Part shown: positions 25,264-37,392 of the stretch, piece after piece | Numbering within the stretch: position 1 is the stretch's first letter | How the letters are laid out: each line of letters starts with the position of its first letter | Assembly (NCBI GenBank): GCA_002269645.1 | Contig: NIVC01000327.1 | Coordinates: 434,001 to 498,000, forward strand | Direction: 5' to 3' | Length of the DNA: 64,000 nucleotides | Origin: Macrostomum lignano | Lineage: Eukaryota | Program-made: the position numbers and the translations under genes | The notes under the pieces: model-generated | Seen by the model: only the letters and a program-made list of their open reading frames with translations | Told to the model about the DNA's origin: nothing | Databases searched by the model: none

Positions 25264-28200
25264 GTAAGTATTATTTAATGAAATTTCCCATGCTGTTTGA
25301 TGTCTCATCAACATAACAAAACCATGATCTTGAAAAGCGTTTCAACTGCATTTTGAGGAGAGAGAGAGTATAAACATGTAGGTAAGTTTTAGAGAGTAAA
25401 AATACAGAGTGGATGGTGGTCTCCGTGCTTTGATTGCCTGAAAGTTAGGCCTTGGCTTGTCAATTGATTGCGCAAAAAATAAGCTTATATAAGAAGGGCC
25501 GCACCGGCGCCGAAGGCTCTTCTGCAAAGACGTAGGCGCTTGATTGAGTTGATAGATAGATGGTATTAAAACGAACAAGAGGCCCATGACCTTTTGGAGA
25601 ATAAAGGGGAGAGAAGACAGACGAGCAGTCAGTCAAGCAGAGAAAGCCAGAGACAATAAACATAAAGAAAGACAGACAAGCGTAGACAGACAGCTTAGAA
25701 GCGGACACCAGTTCGCACACATCAACAGATTTTAAAGAGTAATTGAAGCTCATTAACCTCAACACGGCTACCAGAGACAACATGAATTGAAATACTTGTA
25801 TTCTAAACTTAATTTTAGCATTTTAGTAAATACTCTGTCTAATCTATCAGGCAGACAAACCAATAAATAAATCAAAGAGCAAAGGAAGAAGAGGGAAATA
25901 AAGGAAATTTTATAAACTAACCAACCTGATTTCCGTAGGGGCGCGGGTCTGACAGGGTCTGATCTGGGGCGCTCTACATTGCCCTAATGAGCAGTTTCAG
26001 ATTCCCTATAGCATTAGCTAATACAGATGAAGTGGCTTTCCACATGTTATCAGCCAGTCCTAACTGCCTGACAAGGCAGCAGCTGCATACATGGCATCTT
26101 CATCAGCGGCCACTTGTGTTGGACAAGACTCGTCTGCTCTGGGCATACGAGATTATTGACCCCCCTCCCCCAATGGGCACGCTATATTTCAATGTCTCAA
26201 CTTCTCTGGGAACTGATTTAATTTTCAATTGAAGCATGCATTGCGTCCGAGGTGGATTCAAAAGTTATTCTAGGGCTTGCAAAACACAGTTATGTTTGCA
26301 AAACTGAATTTGCGACGATTGCTGGTGAAGTGCATTTTTTGCCATAGAAAAGACTCAGACGATATAACTTTGCCTGCTAGCTGGTGGCATTTCTAAAAGA
26401 ATATAAGATCGATTGGTTTGTGAATCAGCTTCGGACAGAACGCATGCTTGGTCGATTTGTAACTCGGCAAGTTAAGAAGGTGAGTGCTGAAAAACAAGAA
26501 AATTATCATCTCGCTGTTACACTTTGCAGAGACCTCCTTTAGCTGTTCATGTGTAGGCAGTATAGAGGAAACCTCTCTGACCACTACATATTGTTGCGCA
26601 ATGCAACTGAACCATAACAGCCGCGTTAAAGCAGACGTGCTTTTGAAAAGTAATCAGCCTAATGCTAATTTGTTATATCTTTGTTGGTATCTATACCCCT
26701 TTGCTGCATAAGCGAGACTGTAGGAATGCAAAAACTTGTTCGTTCAAGCTAGCAAAATTTATGCCCACCAATTGACGCTGGCCTGTCAAAGAACCGAGCC
26801 ATTCGTTTAAACAACTGTCTGCTGAAGCATGGCTTAAATAAGCTGACCGAGTTTGTTAGTTTAGTTTAAGCATTGCAAGTGTCGTCACCCTCCCAAATTC
26901 TTCTTGCGCATAAGCATAGCGCAAAAGCTTAGTCAGTTAGTTGTAAGGGGATTTTGTCCCAGACGAAAAAATCAAGGCGAAAGTCGACCGAAAGGAGACA
27001 AGCAGTCGTGCATGCTGATTTCGCTGACAACTGAGCGCGTACATGCTCACATATGGAGTACAGCGGTCCTGAGTTTCTCATCGTCAGGCAGTGTACACAC
27101 TGCACCTCTTGGGTGTTGGTTGGGCCTCGTGGGTGTAATCGCAGCCCCAAATCAATGTGGGCTCCGCGCAAGGAACCGAACCTGGTACTTTGGCACAAGT
27201 GATTTGCTTTTTAGATAGATGGAATTTTTATCATACATTTTAGCCATTATCCTCAATTGAGATTCGTGCCTGAAAAGAGGGGATAATTAGTAGTCATCTA
27301 TTTATTTGAATGCAAGTAGTGGACCAGAAGTTCTACCCTGAAGCAGGGGAGTTGCCTCCTACACTGGGGAGTTGCCTCCTAGACAGGGGGTTGCTACCTG
27401 AACTGGGGAGTTGCCTCCTAGACAGGGGGTTGCTACCTGAACTGGGGAGTTGCTACCTGGACTGGGGAGTTGCTACCTGGACTGGGGAGTTGCCTTCTAG
27501 ACTGGGAGTTGCATCCTGAACTGGGAGAGTTGCATCCTGGACTGGGACAGTTGCATCCTGGACTGGGAGAGTTGCATCCTGGACTGGGAGTGTTGCATCC
27601 TGGACTGGGAGAGTTGCATCCTGGACTGGGGGTGTTGCATCCTGGACTGGGAGAGTTGCATCCTGGACTGGGAGAGTTGCATCCTCGACTGGAAGAGTTG
27701 CATCCTGGACTGGGAGCACCCAGGACTGGGAGTTGCACCCTGGAGCTGGGGAGTTGCATCCTAGACTGGGAGAGTTGCATCCTGGACTGGGAGAGTTGCA
27801 TCCTGAACTTGAGAAGTTGCCTTTTTAGACTCGGGAGTTGCATCCTGAATTGGGAGAGTTGCATCGTGGACTGGGAGGGTTGTATCCTGAACTTGGGGAG
27901 TTGCCTTCTAGACTGGGGAGTTGCATCCTGAACTGGGAGGGTTGTATCCTGAACTTGGGGGGTTGCCTTCTAGACTGGGAGTTGCATCCTGAACTGGGAG
28001 AGTTGCATCCTGGACTGGGAGAGTTGCATCCTGGACTGGGAGAGTTGCATCCTGGACTGGGAGAGTTGCATCCTGGACTGGGAGAGTTGCGTCCTGGACT
28101 GGGAGAGTTGCATCCTGGACTGGGAGTTGCATCCTGGACTGGGAGAGTTGCATCCTGGACTGGGAGTTGCATCCTGGACTGGGAGAGTTGCATCCTAGAC

Positions 28201-30848
28201 TGGGAGAGTTGCATCCTGGACTGGGGGAGTTGCATCCTGGACTGGGAGAGTTGCATCCTGGACTGGGAGAGTTGCATCCTGAACTTGAGAAGTTGCCTTT
28301 TTAGACTCGGGAGTTGCATCCTGAATTGGGAGAGTTGCATCGTGGACTGGGAGGGTTGTATCCTGAACTTGGGGGGTTGCCTTCTAGACTGGGAGTTGCA
28401 TCCTGAACTGGGAGAGTTGCATCCTGGACTGGGAGAGTTGCATCCTGGACTGGGAGAGTTGCATCCTGGACTGGGAGAGTTGCATCCTGGACTGGGAGAG
28501 TTGCGTCCTGGACTGGGAGAGTTGCATCCTGGACTGGGAGAGTTGCGTCCTGGACTGGGAGAGTTGCATCCTGGACTGGGAGTTGCATCCTGGACTGGGA
28601 GAGTTGCATCCTGGACTGGGAGTTGCATCCTGGACTGGGAGAGTTGCATCCTAGACTGGGAGTTGCATCCTGGACTGGGAGAGTTGCATCCTGACTGGGA
28701 GTTGCATCCTGGACTGGGAGAGTTGCATCCTAGACTGGGAGAGTTGCATCCTGGACTGGGGGAGTTGCATCCTGGACTGGGAGAGTTGCATCCTGGACTG
28801 GGAGTTGCATCCTGGACTGGGAGAGTTGCATCCTGGACTGGGAGAGTTGCATCCTGGACTGGGAGAGTTGCATCCTGGACTGGGAGAGTTGCATCCTGGA
28901 CTGGGAGAGTTGCATCCTGGACTGGGAGAGTTGCATCCTGGACTGGAAGTTGCATCCTAGACTGGGAGAGTTGCATCCTGGACTGGGAGAGTTGCATCCT
29001 GGACTGGGAGTTGCATCCTGGACTGGGAGAGTTGCATCCTGGACTGGGAGTTGCATCCTAGACTGGGAGAGTTGCATCCTGGACTGGGAGAGTTGCATCC
29101 TGGACTGGGAGTTGCATCCTGGACTGGGAGCACCCAGGACTGGGAGCTGCACCCTGGAGCGGGGGAGTTGCCGCTAGACTGATAATTTGAAAGGATAGCA
29201 TTAAAAGATCAACGCTTAGCACGGCAATTTACAAAGAAACACATGTTACAAATATTTCCATCCAGGCCGAATTAACACTAGACTGTGGCTTCAGTTCAAC
29301 GCCACCCAGGCCCAGTTACTACCGTCGCTAACGTCGTCAAACGGCGATTTAAACCGACTGGTGAAAGCGGAGCTGCACTTCTTTCTAAAGCCACGCTCGC
29401 AACTTGGTCACGGGGACAGAAAGGAGGGTGTATCAGCTTCTACAGTCAGCGGGGTCATGCACCGAGTTGTTATCGTTGATCGGTCACGTCGCAAACGCCG
29501 TCATCGAAAGCGCCGTCGCCGCCGACGCCGCCGTCGTAGGCGACATGGTCGAATCGATCAAAGAAGACCAATTCGCCCGCGCCGCCGCCTCCGTCTGCTT
29601 GGTCGATTCTCTGTAGTGCAAAATTTTAAGCATAGACGACACAGAAAGCGCCAAATTCGCGACGCTTGGCAGAGAGTGGAAATCACGCAGACTCTTTTTC
29701 GGCACTTGAAATCCGCGGCAAGGCGTCGAAAACGAGGGCATTCATCGGAGCAGTTCTTGTTGACGCTGAGCTTTGAAAAACGAAAATCGAATGGCAAAGT
29801 GAGAGGTGTCTCGCTACAACGCTTTCTGGCCATCGACGGTAGCAGGGCGCCGTTTCTCACGCTGCAGATCTCGCCAGGCTCGAAGTCGCCACCCAATTTG
29901 ATGCAATTGCGGCCGACTGGTCTGCAGAAAACGCGCCAACGTCGAGACGCGCAGCGGCTTCTGCCAAATTCTTTGAACCGAATGAAGAACAGGGACTTTT
30001 TTAATTTGACGCGAGAAGCTGAGCAGCCATGCCATGCTGTGCCCCATCGATTGCATTTTGCGGACCTAGGCTGGAGCGGATGGATACTGCGGCCTGAGTC
30101 GGTACCATTTGGAGCCTGCATTGGCACCTGTGGACCGGAGGTTTGTTAAAATCGAGCTCAGTTTATAATTCCTGTTATCGCACAAAGTATTACACCGTAG
30201 CGAGTGTTCATCTGTGATTTTGTATAGTTGATACAATTTTTGTACTATTGTACAATGTTAGCATGATACTATTGGAGCGGGGTGAACCGGAGCTACAGCC
30301 GATCAGAAACAAGGACAGAATGTGCTAACTTGCAGTTGTAGGTGATGCCTTTCATAACTTTCTTAACTAGTTATTGATTCAGTATGGTTGGACACTGGAC
30401 CTTGGTTCGAATTCCATTTCGATGCTTAGGTTCCAATCTCCGTTTGTCGAGTACAGCGCTTCCCATGTGGCCAGATTCAGCTGTGGTAGATAATCACTAT
30501 TAACTTGCCCTTTTGTATAACTTAAATTTCAGTATGTATATAAATAAACGAAAAAAAGTACTGTTAAATCCATGTGAATTACAGACTCCTGGAGCAAGCA
30601 ACCACGCTGCAATCAGTGCCGTCTTGCAACGATCCAAGGTCCGTGATGCGTCTTCTCATTCGTTGCAAACAGCCGACAGCGATAAAGTGCCCATCAAAGG
30701 AGGCCCTCTTCAATACTTTCCACCTTCGCCGTGCTGCGTCCCTGTGGTTTCTATGGCAACGCCTCTCGTTTTTCTCGACACAGAAACTGGCGACGGTGTA
30801 CTGAGAATGTTCAACGATTTTGAGATAACAGATTGCGCTTGCAGATAA
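25062..30848 (+). CDS. Divergent TGF-beta superfamily ligand (BMP-like 7-Cys cystine knot); 3 exons, 446 aa
   Basis: Exons 25062-25263, 29266-30140, 30585-30848 (phases 1 and 0; 1341 nt). Features: signal peptide MSPNTKILLLLLILAFGICCS; prodomain motifs LWLQFNAT, KAELHFFLKP, WQRVEIT; furin site RQRR; mature domain C...FADLGWSGWILRP...CIGTC...SNHA...CCVP...CACR*. Confidence 0.92.
27330..29165. repeat. 21/19-bp minisatellite in TGF-beta intron 1
   Basis: GGGAGAGTTGCATCCTGGACT, with a block duplication of ~475 bp. Confidence 0.95.
29266..30140 (+). CDS. TGF-beta ligand exon 2 (prodomain and start of mature domain)
   Basis: Acceptor ttccatccag|; the frame is open upstream of the ORF-track start at 29361; donor GAG|gtttgt. 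Confidence 0.9.
30585..30848 (+). CDS. TGF-beta ligand exon 3
   Basis: ttacag|ACT CCT GGA; SNHAAI...PCCVP...CACR*. Confidence 0.95.
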   Translation, partial: TPGASNHAAISAVLQRSKVRDASSHSLQTADSDKVPIKGGPLQYFPPSPCCVPVVSMATPLVFLDTETGDGVLRMFNDFEITDCACR

Positions 30849-31741
30849 CAAGCGATCTGTGACGCCCAAAATAGTCTAAACTCAAATGAACGGAAAATCA
30901 TCTTAAATAAGACATAGTATGTAAAATTAAATCCAGGTAGTGGTAGAACTTATAGAAATTAATTCAATTAACTTTGAAAACCTTTGAACGCTCGTAATTA
31001 GCGTTTATTTATTATTTATTTATTATTTATTATTATTAATTAATTTATTATGGGTATTGACTTTTAGCTCGAATTCTTAGGTACTACTTGTTAAACGAGC
31101 TTACATAACCCGAGTTCAACAATACATGTGTAGCTTCACAAAGTTAACAGCCTTCTGGAATTTCAAGCAATCTATCCAGACAGACGCATTTCGCGGCCTG
31201 TAGCTTTTTGACACTATTGAAAATAAAAAAATCCTATTAAGCTTCGAATGACAATTGCACGCTGATTTTAGTTTGCAAACGACAAAATAAAACAGCAGAA
31301 AAGTATTTTTGCGCATTGACTCAAACGCATACCATAAAACCTTTGTTATTTGCGAAAATCGTCTTTTTTAAAAAACGCGGAATGAAAAGCGGTATATGTA
31401 CTGAGCCATTGCTACTAGAAGTATTTTACACGGTATTTGGCAGTGTGAGATAAAAACACGAAAGCCCTGCGGGCAGTGAACGGTATATTTATTGGCATCA
31501 ATGTACAAATAAAGCGAGATGTACATTCCTGTATAAAAAGCGAAAATGATTCAGTAATATTTATGAGTGTGCCTCTAAGACAACGAGTAGACATTACATT
31601 TACAAGTAAATTGTAGCCGTCAATCCTCTGGACAATTACCTGGCATCGTAAAATCTAAGAACCACCCCAGAGCTACCTCTTCACCCAGTTAAGACGAAAC
31701 AATTTGTACTTGTGAACCTATGGACTACCAGAAAATTAAGG

Positions 31742-32150
31742 ATCGCGGGCACATAGTAAATTTACCTAACAGTCACTAAGTACCGAAATTAATTCTGGAA
31801 CTTCAAACAGAAATTTAATTTATCTGACTACCCCAACCTGCTTCGCTATCTCTCTGGATCACTCAATTCATATATTCTGCCTGTAAATCCTGTGTTGGGT
31901 ATTCCGTTGGCCAACTCATTGGGTAATTCGTTGGCCTGACTTTAGGGTTTTCCGCGGAATCGCGGGCACATAGTAAATTTACCTAACAGTCACTAAGTAC
32001 CGAAATTAATTCTGGAACTTCAAACAGAAATTTAATTTATCTGACTACCCCAACCTGCTTCGCTATCTCTCTGGATCACTCAATTCATATATTCTGCCTG
32101 TAAATCCTGTGTTGGGTATTCCGTTGGCCAACTCATTGGGTAATTCGTTG
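31742..32150 (+). repeat. 192-bp direct duplication (31742-31933 and 31959-32150)
   Basis: The two copies read identical and are separated by 25 bp. Confidence 0.9.
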
Positions 32151-32275
32151 AGTCAACGAATTATCTTGTAATTTTGTTAAAATGATGGGTTTCGGCCTTC
32201 TCGGCTCCTTTGTGGAAGCCTTCGGGCCTCAGGTCTCAGAAATGAATCCATTAGAGTCCTTGCCCCCCACTCCTG

Positions 32276-34093
32276 TCAGATGGTCAGCCCCATGGTAGCT
32301 TGATGAGACCAATGAGGCCCAAAAGCGAGAAATTCTGCTCTACACGGCCGGAAAGGAATCGGCGACATGTACAAAGAGATCGCTAACAGCGAAACTATCG
32401 CAGAAGGCCAAAGTGCAAACATTTCAACACTTATCGAGACTTTCAACAAACAGTTTAAAAACCGCGACAATGTCGTCTTCATCAGATACCAATTCCGGAA
32501 TTGCCTTCAACAGGATGTCGAACAGATCGACGCATGGTACAGCAGACTGTGGAGCGCATCAGAAGCGTGCCAGTTTGGAGACCTGCACCAGACTTTTGGA
32601 GTCACTGATTCGATATCAAATCGTGGCCTGTTGCCGCAGCGATGCCCTCAGGAAGCGACTCTTAAACGTGCCAAACATCAGTCTCGCAGACACTCTACAG
32701 CTGGCAAGAACTCACGAGGCGGCCGAAAAGCAAGCCGCCATCATGTCAAAAAGTGCTGCCACCTCCGAAGACGTCAACATGCTGCGTCGCCGCCAGCCAG
32801 GTGGGTCAGCCCACGAGCCGCCAAATACTAACAGCAAATGTATCCGCTGCGGAGAGTCTGGACACCGAAGCTGCAACAAGGCCCAGGGCAAGAAGTGCGA
32901 TAGTTGTGGCAAGATGAACCACCTCGCTAAGGCCTGTCTCAGTAGCCGTTCGCGCATCAACGCACTTGGCCACGACTCGGACGAGCCGACCGACCAGTCA
33001 TACGAGGAAGTGTTCTGCACGCTGGAAGACAAGAACGGGAGCGCAAAGTTCGTCATCAGCATCAACGGCCACGCAGTCAGGGCGCTCATCGACAGCGCAG
33101 CGAGCTGCAACGTGCTCGAACTGTGCACCTTCAGGCGGATCAACAACCCGGACACCAGGATCGAGCCCTGCAGCACAAGGGTTTTCCCACTTGGCGCAAG
33201 CCAACTGCTGGCCGTTGAGGGACAAGCCAGGCTAGGCTGGTCGTGACGGCAAACGGGCACAAGCTGCAGCCGAACTTCATCATCATAAAAAGCAGCTGCA
33301 CCCCCATCATCGGGAGACAGACCAGCACCGAGCTCGGCATGCTACAGGTCGGCCCAGCAGCCAACAAGCAACCCGTATTCGCGGCCAGTCTCACCGGGTC
33401 ACGAAGCATCAATGACCAGCACCCGACCGACAACCCGCAGCTGCAAAGCATCCTGACCGAATTCGAGGATCGATTTCACGGCATCGGCTGCGTCAAAGGC
33501 GTCCGCGTTTCCATCAAGCTGCGCCCCGATGCCACGCCAACATGCCAAGCACCATCACGCGTGCCAGTGCACCTCAGAGACGCCGTCAGAAAAGAGCTGG
33601 AAGAGCAGCTTGCTCAGGGCATCATCGAGCGTGTCCACGGACCTACAGCATGGTGCTCGAGAATGGTGGCTGTTCCAAAAGACGACAAGGGACGAATCCG
33701 CATCACCCAGGATCTACGCGAGGTCAACAAATTCGCAATTCTCGAGAAGCAACCGATTCCCAAATTTGAGGAAGTTACGGACGAGATGGCAAGATCAACA
33801 TGTTTCTCAGAGTTAGATGTCGCCAAGGCCTTTCACTAGGCCTTGAGACCACATCGCGGCTGCGAGACCACAACATCACCCTTAACCCGGCGAAGTGCAG
33901 GTTCGCGCAGCAAGAAGTCGACTTCCTCGCCATGCGCCTCACAGCAGCCGGAATCCATCCCAGCACGGAGAAGGTGGCGGCCATCAACTGCTTCAAAAGA
34001 CCGACCAACGCTACCGAGGTCAGGTCCTTCCTCGGCCTCGTCCCCTTTGTCGCTCGCTTCATTAGCAACCTATGCCGAAAATACTATCAGCCC
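32276..34093 (+). mobile_element. Decayed Ty3/Gypsy gag-pol (element 1)
   Basis: Gag (YQFRNCLQQ...EQIDAW), two Cys/His knuckles, protease ALIDSAASCN, RT (WCSRMVAVPK...LDVAKAFH*) with an internal deletion, then EVRSFLGLV. Frameshifted, and interrupted by the Harbinger at 34094. Confidence 0.9.
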
Positions 34094-34379
34094 GGCCGAT
34101 TTCATGAAATACAGCTAACGGCTTTTTAGCTGCGGCTTTGACTGCTTTTCCATGACTGGGTTTCATAAACGCACAGCTATCAAGCCACAGCTTGATGTCT
34201 ATGGTAAAAGCCGTTGAGGCAGCAGGGAAATGATAGTATTTTCGATTTCATAAAACTAGCCGTGTTCGAAAAGCAGTGTCTGTTTAGCAGTAAATTTCTA
34301 GCCAACCTCGAACACGGCTAGCGAATGAATTTTTTTCATTTACACGGTCTACTAAATGAGCAAGAAGGAAGACGAGCTC

Positions 34380-34773
34380 GAGTCTTCCTGGACAGGCGTA
34401 ATTTCGCTGTTACTGCAGATTTTGTGCAGAGATTCTGGGGGACAATCTGCCCAATGCTACCCGGGCATTCAACAGGTCACTTAAAGTGACTCGATCATTG
34501 GTTGAGCGAAGCATTGGCCTACTCAAACTCCGATTTCCGTGCCTCCGATTTCTGCGAGTTTCGACGCCCGTGCTTGCTGCTGAGATCATAAAAACGTGTG
34601 TCGTTCTGCATAACTTCTGTATTGTCCTTCAGGGACCCGAGGATGATGCGCTTGTCGAAGTGCTTGGCGTTGGAGACGAAGAAGATGAGATCGCCGGCGA
34701 TCCACAAGCGGTCACGAAGGCGGAATGCACTCATTGCGACATTTGCGGCTGCTCAATAACAAAATTTACCTAG
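34380..34773 (+). pseudogene. Harbinger (HARBI1-like) transposase C-terminal fragment
   Basis: FNRSLKVTRSLVERSIGLLKLRFPCL...CVVLHNFC; the N-terminal part of the DDE domain is missing. Confidence 0.85.
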
Positions 34774-34947
34774 CGTTAACTTCTTAGTTTCTCTCGCTTT
34801 ATGTGTTAAGTATATTAGTTTGGTTCATTTCATTCTTAACTTTGTAACACAATCGTAAACAATTGAACAGCTGATAGCAGAACATGAAATGTAGCAACGC
34901 GAAATGTAAAAACTAAAGACAGTTTCGTCATTACATGTACATATTCA

Positions 34948-35613
34948 TTAGAAATTATTCTGGTGAAGGATCGCTATCTCCAGCCTCAGTTTCTCATTTC
35001 GCAGACAAATGTTTTCCAACAGCAGCTCTTCTTTCTCGTCCTTGTCGCCGGTGCAGACAGCTTTACGCTTCAATAGCTTCCTTCCAGGCCTCGCATTTGT
35101 AGAAGAGGTCTCCCCGAGGAGTGCCATCATGGACGTCGAACTGCTTCGTTGACTCGGCGAGCCGCCAACGTTGTCGCGGCTCATTGGCGTGGCCGACTCC
35201 GGGCTTCGTTGACTCGGCGAGTCGCCAACGTTCTCACTGCAATCATGAAAGATCTCCAAATCTTCGACGGCCAGGCCGTTAACGCCCACGCTTCCGCGAC
35301 CAATAACATCCAGCACTAAGTTGTCAATTTCACTTAGCTGTTTCTCGTAGCCTCCACCGTTACCAGTCCTTCTCGATTCATCGACTTTCTTGAGTGCCGC
35401 CAGTCGTAGATTTTTCCATAGTGTGTCGCGCAACTGCATTATTGACTTGTTCACGCCTTGAGCGTCCAGGATGGACTTTATTTCCGTCCACGCTTGCAAC
35501 TTTTTTCTTTTTACGTCCGCTAGATCATTGAACTTCCTCATCAGCACGTCTCTTCTGCGTAGCATCTCCGTCAAAAAGATTTTCTTGCTCTCTGTCGAAA
35601 CCATTCTACTCAC
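34948..35613 (-). CDS. Harbinger Myb/SANT-like DNA-binding protein
   Basis: Open frame of ~220 aa: KLQAWTEIKSIL...QLRDTLWKNLR...TGNGGG...LSEIDNLVLDVIG, with a C-terminal coiled coil (LRNEKLRLEI). Confidence 0.82.
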   Translation of the reverse strand: MSRMVSTESKKIFLTEMLRRRDVLMRKFNDLADVKRKKLQAWTEIKSILDAQGVNKSIMQLRDTLWKNLRLAALKKVDESRRTGNGGGYEKQLSEIDNLVLDVIGRGSVGVNGLAVEDLEIFHDCSENVGDSPSQRSPESATPMSRDNVGGSPSQRSSSTSMMALLGETSSTNARPGRKLLKRKAVCTGDKDEKEELLLENICLRNEKLRLEIAILHQNNF

Positions 35614-36220
35614 ATTAATCCAACCGGCTTTGCTTTTTCGCTAATTATTGGCACTCCATGCTATGCGACCTCAATCATCTTTGTTAGCAGCACAAGAATC
35701 TTAACAGTGAAACATTTGTCTATGGCCAAATCCACGACTCTTAAGGCAAGCCGTTAGAAATAAGCTGTGGCTTACAAACCACGGCTTTTTAGCAATCGTT
35801 TATAAAACGCTTTTTTTAACAACTGCTGAAAGTTGCAGCTTAACGAGCAGCAGCTTACGGCTTACGGCTAGCTTTTTTATGAAATCGGCCTCTTTTTTAT
35901 GAGTCTCAGTGATTGCTTTGCAGTAGCAGACTTTTACAATGTACTTTTTGGTCACAATTTTTGTTTTTATCCCCTTGTTACTAATCCGCACGTGGAGAGA
36001 TGTAGTGCTTGCGCGAGCCCGATTTATATGTACATCGGCCTTGCGTACAGTATGTACAAATTCATGCACTTTAAGTGCGGCGATTCTCTAGCCCCACTCC
36101 ACTCGGGTGGCGTGATTTTATCCATAGTCAAAATAAATAAATATCGATCAGCCCACCTAGCAGGGCTCCACCTTTCGTCTCAGCAAACTCCGGCCTTTCT
36201 TACTATAGCAGTAGTATATA

Positions 36221-36459
36221 ACCATACAAAATCGCCAGCAAACCATGGTCAGAATTCAAATGATTTTTATCCAATTCAAGGTGAAAGCACTCGTTTTTCA
36301 CTCCATTATCGCTCGTCTTCACTTCGCTCAACTCGCTCCGCTCATCCTCGCTTCATTCCGCTCAAAACGAGTGCTTTCACCTTGAATTGGATAAAATTAC
36401 CTTGTATCTGAAAATTTGCTCTCTTCGTTCGCTTTGGTTTGCTGACGATTTTGTATGGT
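36221..36459. mobile_element. Foldback MITE with nested inverted repeats
   Basis: Outer arms ACCATACAAAATCGCCAGCAAACCA / TGGTTTGCTGACGATTTTGTATGGT (24 of 25 match); inner ~33-bp inverted repeat at ~36266-36298 / ~36363-36396. Confidence 0.8.
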
Positions 36460-37110
36460 ATTCAAACAGCAACAAACAGCAACAATCTCTTCCAACACCC
36501 ACAAACACTCTCTAACCCCAGTCCGCGCCGCAGGCGCAAAGGGTCTGTAATGGTTTTTTTCTGTTACTAAAAATGAACCGAGTTTACACTTTTCTGTTAG
36601 TGATACTTTTGAAACTGTTGCTAAAAATTCAGAGATAATAAAACAACATATTTTGAATGGAATAATCGATGAAGTTTATTTAAAATACGACGATGGAAAT
36701 GAACTAAAACTTTATCCCCTAGAGTTGGATGGTTTATACGATTTAGAACAAGAGGGTGAGTTATGTGACAGTGTGATTCGTAGAAGCGCGTGTATCGTAT
36801 TTCTTTATTTTCATATGCATACCGTGCTACTACTGTATTCTTCCATTTATTTTAACAATATTCGTACGTATTATTATCGCGCTATTTTTACTGTTAATTG
36901 CTTTGTTTTTGTAGCCTCGTATGTATTTATTCTATTATTTGTATTTCATTCATATCGTTATTATTTATCGTAAAGTAGTTCTACCTATGTACATGTACTG
37001 ACGTATGTTATTCTTGTATGATATATTTATCGATTGATTTGTACATGTACATTGCGCGCCGCGTGGGGGTTTGTCTGGGTTTTGGATTAGGGTCGCTGTT
37101 GTTTGTTATC

Positions 37111-37386
37111 TGTTTACCTTACCAATTAAATATACGCTTGCAGCCAGTCGCCGCTCTCCCCCTGCGCTCCTGAGTTTTCGCTCCGCTTCTCGCGGGCCCC
37201 TTAGCCGTCGCATTCAATTGCTTTAGTCGCACTAAAATTAAGCAGCTACCAATCAAAACCTAACCTTCAATTCAACATACCAAATCTGAATCTGCAATTT
37301 ACGCTAAGGGAAGTCGGCTACTGGCTCTTGATTATCAAATTTAACCGCTACACAAACTGCACGTCTTCCTGCCTTTATTCGTCACA
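37111..37386 (+). mobile_element. 5' LTR of Gypsy element 2 (left boundary uncertain)
   Basis: Ends ...TCGTCACA six bases before a clear PBS. Confidence 0.45.
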
Positions 37387-37392
37387 TAAATT

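Larger units (their letters stand above)
34094..35890. mobile_element. PIF/Harbinger DNA transposon (internally deleted)
   Basis: TIRs GGCCGATTTCATGAAA / TTTTATGAAATCGGCC; convergent transposase remnant and Myb-like gene. No TWA TSD seen. Confidence 0.85.

Noticed and set aside
25487-26232. Candidate extra TGF-beta exons in intron 1
   Set aside because: They are not needed, since exon 1 joins 29266 in phase; acceptors are weak and there are in-frame stops.
650-29165. Many long ORFs in the track (e.g. 10850-11866, 13602-14291, 27825-28997, 27838-29061, 9445-10059)
   Set aside because: They are translations of intronic minisatellites, with periodic peptides and no splice or homology support.
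29404-29616. Alternative-frame ORF with a globular-looking peptide (RVYQLL...VDSL*)
   Set aside because: It overlaps TGF-beta exon 2, whose frame carries the prodomain motifs and continues into the mature domain; this frame has a poor acceptor and ends in a stop.
30370-30425. B-box-like GGTTCGAATTCC in TGF-beta intron 2
   Set aside because: No convincing A box or tRNA stems.
36001-36210. Possible 3' LTR (purine run, then TGTAGT...CA, with AATAAA)
   Set aside because: There is no matching second LTR or TSD in the window.
36465-37115. Loose inverted similarity between the two ends; ORF 36653-36973
   Set aside because: Similarity is confined to low-complexity CA/GT-rich sequence, and the ORF is AT-rich with no recognisable motif.
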